NCBI GenBank assembly: GCA_964435065.1
Contig: CAYSXS010000001.1
Span: 20,538-84,537 of the forward strand
Source of the DNA: an uncultured Gammaproteobacteria bacterium
Lineage (GTDB): Bacteria; Patescibacteriota; Patescibacteriia; UBA2196
Length of the DNA: 64,000 nucleotides
Reading direction: 5' to 3'
Under the pieces are notes generated by a model. The model was not told the DNA's origin, made no database searches, and saw only the letters and a list, made by a program, of their open reading frames with translations. Within the stretch, counting starts at the first letter, position 1, and each line of letters starts with the position of its first letter. The position numbers and the translations under genes are program-made. Positions 57,241 through 64,000 of this stretch are shown here, piece by piece.

Positions 57241-58632
57241 ATGAAAAAGAATGATTTGATCTTTTCTGCAGTCTTGGTTCCTATAGATTATATTATGATT
57301 ATATTAGCCGGCGTTGCCGCCTATTTTTTACGTTATGAAAGATGGGTGCAAGAAATACGTCCGGTTATTTTTAATTTAGATTTTAAGTCATACCTTTCAT
57401 ATATCTGGTGGGTTGCTCTGGTTTGGTTAGTTATTTTTGTAATTGCTGGGTTGTATCAAACAAAAGGTGCACGAAAGGTTTTTGATGAAATTGGTAAGGT
57501 ATTTTTAGCTTGTTCAACAGGTATGCTGGTTGTTATTGTTGCAGCTTTTTTCTCACGTGAACTATTTGATTCTCGTTTTATCCTATTGGCTGGTTGGATT
57601 TTAGCTTTTCTTTTTGTTTCTGTCGGTAGATTGGTTGTAAATGGTGTTCAACGCTTGTTATATATCAAGAAAATTGGTGTACATAAAGTAGTTTTGATTG
57701 GAGCAGATAATTCAACTGAAGATATTGCTAAGGAGATATATAAGAGTAGAACATTGGGTTATACAATTATTGGTCGTTTCCAAAATTTACAAAATGGTAA
57801 TTTGGATAAATTAACAGAATTACATAAATCTAAATTTATTGATGAGATTATTCAAGGGGATACTAATCTAAGTAGACAAGAAAATTTAGCTTTACTCGAT
57901 TTTGCTGATGAACACCATATTATTTTTAAATACGCAGCTGACTTTTTTGATACACAAAGTAAAAATGTTGACTTATACACAATGGCTGGGATACCGGTTG
58001 TAGAAGTTAGAAGAACAAAACTAGATGGTTGGGGAAAGATATTGAAAAGATTTTTTGATATTATCATATCTTCCTTGCTTTTAATCATATTTTCACCGTT
58101 TTTCTTAATATTAGCTTTAATTGTTAAGGTAGACTCTAGAGGGCCTGTTTTTTACGGTTCTAAGCGTGTAGGAGCTAAAGGAAAGAAGATCAGGATATAT
58201 AAGTTTAGATCTATGATTAGGAACGCAGAACGTCTTAAAAAGAAGCTTTTATCTAAAAATGAACGTCTTGACGGCCCTTTATTTAAGATGGAAGATGATC
58301 CTCGTGTAACAAGAGTAGGTAAGTTTATGCGTAAATGGAGTATTGATGAATTACCCCAATTCTGGAATGTTCTAAAAGGAGATATGAGTTTAGTTGGTCC
58401 TCGTCCTCATGAACCAAATGAAGTTGCTAAATATGAAAAACACCATAAAAAGTTATTAAATATTAAACCTGGTGTAACAGGTATGGCTCAAGTTTCTGGT
58501 AGATCAGATTTAGAATTTGAAGAAGAAGTTAAGTTAGATACTTTCTATATCGAGAACTGGACTCCATGGCTTGATTTAATAATTTTAATAAAAACACCTT
58601 TTATTGTTTTATTGAAAAAAGGTGCGAAGTAA
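57241..58632 (+). CDS. Initiating polyprenyl glycosylphosphotransferase (WcaJ/WbaP-like)
   Basis: KRFFD, KFRSM, DDPRVT, SIDELPQ, GPRP, KPGVTG.AQVSGRS. Confidence 0.93.
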   Translation: MKKNDLIFSAVLVPIDYIMIILAGVAAYFLRYERWVQEIRPVIFNLDFKSYLSYIWWVALVWLVIFVIAGLYQTKGARKVFDEIGKVFLACSTGMLVVIVAAFFSRELFDSRFILLAGWILAFLFVSVGRLVVNGVQRLLYIKKIGVHKVVLIGADNSTEDIAKEIYKSRTLGYTIIGRFQNLQNGNLDKLTELHKSKFIDEIIQGDTNLSRQENLALLDFADEHHIIFKYAADFFDTQSKNVDLYTMAGIPVVEVRRTKLDGWGKILKRFFDIIISSLLLIIFSPFFLILALIVKVDSRGPVFYGSKRVGAKGKKIRIYKFRSMIRNAERLKKKLLSKNERLDGPLFKMEDDPRVTRVGKFMRKWSIDELPQFWNVLKGDMSLVGPRPHEPNEVAKYEKHHKKLLNIKPGVTGMAQVSGRSDLEFEEEVKLDTFYIENWTPWLDLIILIKTPFIVLLKKGAK

Positions 58633-58766
58633 GATTAGGCAGTAGTCATCCTGAATGAGTCTTGGTGCTTTGGGAGGAGCCGAAGGATTCTGTACAGTTT
58701 TAATTTTGTTAGTTTTGTTTTTTCATGTTACAATGAAAATACTAAAATAATTTTATCCACAATTTT

Positions 58767-59207
58767 ATGAAAAATATAAATTCAAACAATTTAGTGGGCG
58801 CAGAGAAATTAAGAGAGCTTGTAAGGGAAGAATTAAAAAATACTGCAACCAAAGATGATTTAAAGGGTTTTGCAACCAAAGATGATTTAAAGGGTTTTGC
58901 AACCAAAGATGATTTAAAAAACTTTGCTACTAAAGATGATTTTAATAATTTAGCAGATAAAGTTTTAGGATTAGACACAAAAATTGATAATGTTAAGGAA
59001 GATCTACAGGATCAAATGAATGAAAAATTTGATAAAGTTTTAGAAAGCAATGATAAACTTGGAAAAAAGATGGATATCATAATTGCAGAGTCAGCAGCAC
59101 ATTCTAAGTCATATAAAGATAATGAAGAAGAAATAGAAAAACATGAGGAAGTTTTGGATAATCACGAAAATAGAATTAAGGTTTTGGAAATACAACCTGC
59201 AATATAA
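58767..59207 (+). CDS. Coiled-coil protein with ATKDDLKGF repeats
   Basis: Four ATKDD units; C-terminal HENRIKVLE. Confidence 0.75.
   Translation: MKNINSNNLVGAEKLRELVREELKNTATKDDLKGFATKDDLKGFATKDDLKNFATKDDFNNLADKVLGLDTKIDNVKEDLQDQMNEKFDKVLESNDKLGKKMDIIIAESAAHSKSYKDNEEEIEKHEEVLDNHENRIKVLEIQPAI
58844..58943 (+). repeat. 27-bp in-frame tandem repeat (about 3.7 units)
   Basis: TGCAACCAAAGATGATTTAAAGGGTTT x2 exact, then two diverged units. Confidence 0.9.
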
Positions 59208-59226
59208 TTTTTAGTTTTTAGTTATT

Positions 59227-59253
59227 TCCAGCTAACTTTAGCTGGATTTTTTT
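59227..59253 (+). terminator. Intrinsic terminator
   Basis: TCCAGCTAA-CT-TTAGCTGGA plus T7. Confidence 0.75.
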
Positions 59254-59342
59254 ATTGTTTGACATTATTATCATAATATGTTATGCTATAGGTACATAAA
59301 AACAATTTATTAATTTTTAAAAATCAATTTTTGGAGGATAAG

Positions 59343-60071
59343 ATGAGAAATATATATTTTTTGTTTTTAACAATTTTATTTTTTTTCTCAAATCTACATG
59401 GGCAAGATGAGATATTCCAATTCTCATTAGACAAAACTTCTCTTTTGACTTTTGGCTGGGTAATAACATCAGACCAATTAAAGAGAAATCCAGCTGAATT
59501 TGAAGGTCTGCCAACTAATTTTTGGGGACATCACCTGCATTTGGGATATGGACTTCATTTATCAGGAGCAATTATAAAGAATAAATTTCCCGAATTTTAT
59601 CAAGGTTTACCAAATGGATTAAAGGTTTTATTTAATTTAGGCTCTGTAATAGAGATAGATGATATTTATCAACATCTTTATTTACAGAGAAATGATGAAT
59701 TTGGACCAGGATTCAAAGGAGGACATCCGGCATCAAGTCCAATTCATAAGTTTTATTGCTGGACATTAAGACAAGAGAGAGAGAGAGTTAATTGGAAAAA
59801 CATGCTAGAATTATTTCGGTATAAACGATTAAATATCTCAGCAGGGTTTTACAAAGGCCCAGCATTTGAAATGACATTAAAATTGGCAGAATGGAAAAAG
59901 ATTTATGTTTCTGCTAATTATATTCAAAAATTTGAATATAATTCAAAAACAGAACTTAAAATTGAAACAGGAATTTTAGGCGGAATGATTGGAGTAAAGA
60001 TATTGGATTGGTTAAAATTTGAATGTGGAATTGGAATCGGAGGGAATATTTTTTATGGGTTTAAAATTTAA
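59343..60071 (+). CDS. Hypothetical secreted protein
   Basis: GGAGGA RBS, signal peptide, own TTGACA-17-TATGCT promoter (59259-59287). Confidence 0.6.
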   Translation: MRNIYFLFLTILFFFSNLHGQDEIFQFSLDKTSLLTFGWVITSDQLKRNPAEFEGLPTNFWGHHLHLGYGLHLSGAIIKNKFPEFYQGLPNGLKVLFNLGSVIEIDDIYQHLYLQRNDEFGPGFKGGHPASSPIHKFYCWTLRQERERVNWKNMLELFRYKRLNISAGFYKGPAFEMTLKLAEWKKIYVSANYIQKFEYNSKTELKIETGILGGMIGVKILDWLKFECGIGIGGNIFYGFKI

Positions 60072-60154
60072 AAACTAAACTCGTTAGTAGCAGAAATGCG
60101 AACGCGGGTTTTTTTATTTTTGCCAATTTTAGATTAAATTGTTAAGATGATGGT

Positions 60155-61243
60155 ATGAAAATTGCTTTAATCCATGACATGTTAGTACAAGAAGGTGGGC
60201 AGGAAAGAGTTTTGCGTGCTTTGCAAGAGCTTTTTTCAGATGCTCCTACTTTTGTTTTGATTTATGATAGGGATAATAAGGAGAAGTATTATAAAGAAAA
60301 GGATATTAGAGCTACTTTTTTACAAAAAATGCCTGGAATTGAAAAGAAGTTTCAATGGTATTTACCTTTAATGTCTTCTGCTATTGAATCTCATGATTTA
60401 CGTGGTTTTGATTTAATATTATCTTCTAGCTCTTCTTTTGCTAAAGGAGTAATTACACAACCAGGTACACAACATGTTTGCTATTGTCATACACCTACTC
60501 GTTATCTTTGGTCAGATTCACAAGGATATGTAGAAGATTTACCTTATCCTAATATTGTTAAAAAAGTTTTACCTCTATATCTATCTCATCTACGTAATTG
60601 GGATTGGGCTGCTTCACAAAGAATAGATGGTTTTTTAGCTAATTCCAAAACAGTTAAAGATAGAATTAAGAGATATTATAATAAAGAGGCTCAGGTTATA
60701 TATCCACCAGTTGATACAGATAAATTCTATATATCTAACTATTTAGGTAACTATTATCTAATAGGTGGTAGATTGGTGCCATATAAGAGGTATGATTTGG
60801 CTATTAAAGCTTTTAATAAACTTGATATGCCTTTAAAGGTTTTTGGTATAGGCCCAGAGTTAGAAAGATTAAAAAGCATAGCTAGACCAAATATTGAATT
60901 TTTAGGTGAAGTCAATGAACAACAAAAAGCAGAATTATATTCTAAATCCTTAGCTTTTATACATCCTCAAGAAGAAGATTTTGGTATTACAGCTGTAGAA
61001 GCAATGGCTTCTGGCCGTCCTGTAGTTGCTTACAAAGCAGGGGGTGCTTTAGAAACAATTGTTGAAGATCATACAGGGCAGTTTATTAAAGATCAGACAT
61101 GGGAAGATTTAGCCAATACAATTATTCATTTTAAACCAGAGAAATATAAATCAGATGAAATTAAAAATCATGCTAGGAAATTTTCCAAAGCACGATTTAT
61201 GGAAGAAGTTAGGGGTTTTGTAAATAGTATAAAAGAAAATTAA
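60155..61243 (+). CDS. Glycosyltransferase family 4 (WbaZ-like mannosyltransferase)
   Basis: HD.L...GG.ERVL, YCHTPTRYLW, IYPPVD, RLVPYKR, EDFGI..VEAMASG. Confidence 0.92.
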   Translation: MKIALIHDMLVQEGGQERVLRALQELFSDAPTFVLIYDRDNKEKYYKEKDIRATFLQKMPGIEKKFQWYLPLMSSAIESHDLRGFDLILSSSSSFAKGVITQPGTQHVCYCHTPTRYLWSDSQGYVEDLPYPNIVKKVLPLYLSHLRNWDWAASQRIDGFLANSKTVKDRIKRYYNKEAQVIYPPVDTDKFYISNYLGNYYLIGGRLVPYKRYDLAIKAFNKLDMPLKVFGIGPELERLKSIARPNIEFLGEVNEQQKAELYSKSLAFIHPQEEDFGITAVEAMASGRPVVAYKAGGALETIVEDHTGQFIKDQTWEDLANTIIHFKPEKYKSDEIKNHARKFSKARFMEEVRGFVNSIKEN

Positions 61244-63288
61244 TATTCAAAAATCCATATTTTATTATTTCCAATTTCAAAACTTTTTATTGCATTAGCT
61301 TGTGCCTCTGGCACAAGCTTTTTAAAATTTGTCCAATAATCATTAATAACTAAATATACTTTATCTGTGTTAGTTAAATCTTTAACTTGTTGGATATATT
61401 CATCTTTTATTCCTGTATATGATATATTTAAATATATTTTATACAATTCAGACGATGTGGGTATTGGGTAATAGAAAAGTTGTTGTTCATTATTTGTAAA
61501 ATATTTTTTAAAACCAAATTCTTGTAAAGCAGCTGCGGAAGTAGATTGATTTGTTAGAACAACAAAATTATCTGTATCAGACATTTCTTGAATTTTTTGT
61601 ACAGCTAATATATCTGCTTGTGAAACAGAGTATCCTTTATTTTTTTCAATCACATCATATGTTGGGTAGGCTAGATATACACAACTAGTTAAAACAAAAG
61701 CAGTGATAATGATTAAAAGCTTTTTGTTTTTAATTGATATTTTAAGTATGTGGTAAATAGCGTAGATAACAAAAGGTAATACAAAGAAATATGAAAAATG
61801 AATTAAACGTTCAGGAAATATATTTTGCTCATAATATATTACGGCATTGAATTTTAATAAAGATAGTAAGTATGAGTTGATTATTAATATTAAAGAAACA
61901 AGCAAAAATATCCAAGTTTCCTTGTATTTTTTAAACATCATCCAAAATCCTGTTCCAGTTAGGATTAATATTAAGATAGGGAATAGAGACTTTAGGAAAT
62001 ATATAGAGTGTAAGAAAGAATGAAAAGGTAGATAAGTAAAGTCAAAAGTGGATATTAATCTTTGTTTTAAATTAGATAAGTCTAAAGAAATATCAAAACC
62101 TGGTAATATGTAAGATAAAGCATAGAATGCAATAGGAATACAAACAAGGAATATTAGGACAGAAAGTATTGTTAGAGTTCTTTTTTTACGTACAGAAAGT
62201 AACCAAACCAACATTAATGCAGGTAATCCAGCTAAAGGGTGGATACAAGTAATAGCTATGGCTAAAAGCCATAGATGGTTTAACTTTAATATGTTACTTC
62301 TAAAATATATTAAAGTTAAGAATATATATATGATTAAAAAGATATTGGCTAAATGTTGAGGAACAGTAAAGAAGGTTGTAAAAATAATTAAGAAAGGAAG
62401 AACAAAAGAAACAATTTGAGAAAGTCTTCTTTCTAGATTTAGTTTTAATAAAGTAAAATATGTTAGTGTAGGAATAATTAAAGAAGATAAAACAGGAACT
62501 AAAAGTTTATCTATTAAACTAACACTAACTTGAAAAATTTTACTTAATATTACAACCAAAGAATATTGTCCTATGTAGTATGGATTTTTAGGAAGAATAT
62601 ATCCATTTTCTAAAATTATCTTTTCAGTAGCACGATGGATAAAAGGATCAAAACCATATCCTATAGAGTAAATTATTAATGCAATGGCAGAGGTTAAAAA
62701 AGTATGGATTGTAATTAAAAATATATTTAACTTTTCTGAAAAAGTGAATATCTTATACAACAATAAACATGTTGAGATAAAATATATGATAAAGAAATAT
62801 GAAGGCACAACCTGCCAAGGAGAAACAATAGCTTCGGTTGTATTGTGAGAAAACAAGATGTACACCAAGGAAATTATTAAACCTAAATATATACCATCTA
62901 AAAACCATATATATTTCTTTTTATATTCTTTAACTTCAATTTCTAATTTAGATGTATCTAAATTAGAAATATTTTTTCTATACAACAAAAAGATGGAAAG
63001 TAATGGGATTAATAATATTAAAGAAATAGTCCAGCTAAATAACCCAATTGTGTAATATATTATTGTTCCACAGATAGTAACTAGTATTAATAGAAAGATA
63101 AATCCTAAAATCCAAGAAAAACTTTTATCTTTTTCTTTAAATAGGTTTTTACCTAAAAAGTATGAAAATGTAGATAAGTATAATATTCCGAAAATAACAC
63201 CCAAAACAACACTTTTTATTAAAAAGATGTTTAGAATGGTTATTAAGAATATAATACCTAAAATTGGTAAAAACTTGATTTTTTGCAT
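61240..63288 (-). CDS. Large multi-pass membrane protein (possibly GT-C related)
   Basis: Many TM segments; YGFDPFIH.ATE and YYPIPT motifs. Confidence 0.65.
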   Translation of the reverse strand: MQKIKFLPILGIIFLITILNIFLIKSVVLGVIFGILYLSTFSYFLGKNLFKEKDKSFSWILGFIFLLILVTICGTIIYYTIGLFSWTISLILLIPLLSIFLLYRKNISNLDTSKLEIEVKEYKKKYIWFLDGIYLGLIISLVYILFSHNTTEAIVSPWQVVPSYFFIIYFISTCLLLYKIFTFSEKLNIFLITIHTFLTSAIALIIYSIGYGFDPFIHRATEKIILENGYILPKNPYYIGQYSLVVILSKIFQVSVSLIDKLLVPVLSSLIIPTLTYFTLLKLNLERRLSQIVSFVLPFLIIFTTFFTVPQHLANIFLIIYIFLTLIYFRSNILKLNHLWLLAIAITCIHPLAGLPALMLVWLLSVRKKRTLTILSVLIFLVCIPIAFYALSYILPGFDISLDLSNLKQRLISTFDFTYLPFHSFLHSIYFLKSLFPILILILTGTGFWMMFKKYKETWIFLLVSLILIINSYLLSLLKFNAVIYYEQNIFPERLIHFSYFFVLPFVIYAIYHILKISIKNKKLLIIITAFVLTSCVYLAYPTYDVIEKNKGYSVSQADILAVQKIQEMSDTDNFVVLTNQSTSAAALQEFGFKKYFTNNEQQLFYYPIPTSSELYKIYLNISYTGIKDEYIQQVKDLTNTDKVYLVINDYWTNFKKLVPEAQANAIKSFEIGNNKIWIFEY

Positions 63289-63368
63289 ATATTCGTATAG
63301 GGTTATATTAACAGATATTAATCAGTAGGTAAATTGATTTCAATAAATCTTTTTTGGAGGAGGTTAAC

Positions 63369-63653
63369 ATGGCAATACAGTATCGTACATTAATAACAGT
63401 TGATTTTTCTCATGGTATTGAAGGTGGAAATACTGTTATAAACATCGAGGGTTTGGGGATTAAAGAATCAAACATATTTCTCAAAGGCAAACATAACAAA
63501 GAGACTGTTGAGAAATTTTTGAAGGAAGTTGCTAATGGGGGCGAATTTCCTTTAATCAGGGAAAGATTACTGGTAAAATTTGGGAATTCGGATAGTGAAC
63601 AGGAAACTTTGTCTATTTTTGAAGAGGATGATATTGACGGAATGGTTCCTTAA
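63369..63653 (+). CDS. Hypothetical protein
   Basis: GGAGGAGG RBS before ATG 63369; followed by a terminator hairpin. Confidence 0.6.
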   Translation: MAIQYRTLITVDFSHGIEGGNTVINIEGLGIKESNIFLKGKHNKETVEKFLKEVANGGEFPLIRERLLVKFGNSDSEQETLSIFEEDDIDGMVP

Positions 63654-63680
63654 AGATAGACGTTATTGCCTTCGAATTAT

Positions 63681-63717
63681 AAAACCCCACATCTTCTTGG
63701 TGTGGGGGTTGTTTTTT
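63681..63717 (+). terminator. Intrinsic terminator
   Basis: AACCCCACA...TGTGGGGGTT plus T-tract. Confidence 0.65.
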
Positions 63718-63753
63718 GCCCAAACACAATATATATGGGTATAATATAGATAT

Positions 63754-64000
63754 ATGAAATGTTTACAGAAAAACAAGATAAAAGTCATATTAGGCACATT
63801 GTGTATAGTTTTTTTTGTAATATATTCATATTTACCTTTATCCCAGATCATACAGAGTGATATTCCAATGAATGAGATAGGAATGCGTTTTAATACACCA
63901 GATGAAGTAATGAATTTTCATTTTACAAATATATTTGTAGATGAGAATAAGATGTACTATGTAGAGCCATACAATATAGTTGCTAATGGAGTTGTATTTC
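63754..64000 (+). CDS. Membrane protein, N-terminal part (GT-C-like), runs off window
   Basis: Manual translation open to the end: MKCLQKNKIKVILGTLCIVFFVIYSYLPL...RFNTPDEVMNFHF. Confidence 0.6.
   Translation, partial: MKCLQKNKIKVILGTLCIVFFVIYSYLPLSQIIQSDIPMNEIGMRFNTPDEVMNFHFTNIFVDENKMYYVEPYNIVANGVVF

Noticed and set aside
58844-58943. Tandem repeat as a CRISPR array
   Set aside because: No spacers; it is an in-frame coding repeat.
1099-63851. Many short antisense or overlapping ORFs in the track (e.g. 1099-1287, 2443-2898, 6181-6480, 53627-53989, 58742-58978, 63663-63851)
   Set aside because: They are shadows of well-supported genes on the opposite strand or another frame, with no motifs.
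1-64000. Alternative genetic code (TGA=Gly, as in Gracilibacteria/SR1)
   Set aside because: Long genes are intact under code 11 and TGA acts as a stop (e.g. 28171, 45735, 48749).

Overview
AT-rich bacterial window read with genetic code 11, most likely from Patescibacteria/CPR (Parcubacteria-like surface protein at the left edge, mostly SD-less genes). About 50 kb is a cell-surface glycosylation region: many GT4 and GT2 enzymes, GT-C membrane transferases, a Wzx flippase, an O-antigen-ligase/TPR protein, two initiating phosphoglycosyl transferases, five SAM methyltransferases, three radical SAM enzymes and nucleotide-sugar epimerase/decarboxylase genes. It also holds a BrnT/BrnA toxin-antitoxin pair and the RNase P RNA gene. 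The main discovery candidate is a non-canonical integron-like system. An IntI-like tyrosine recombinase lacking the IntI-specific insertion (47916-48749) lies divergent from an array (45801-47807) of large AAC...GTT hairpin sites alternating with cargo segments, several bounded by their own long GTT...AAC inverted repeats. A second array without an integrase (7011-8380), 39 kb away, shares an apparently identical 255-bp structured element and a 25-bp site motif. All calls come from reading the sequence by eye; no searches or folding programs were run.
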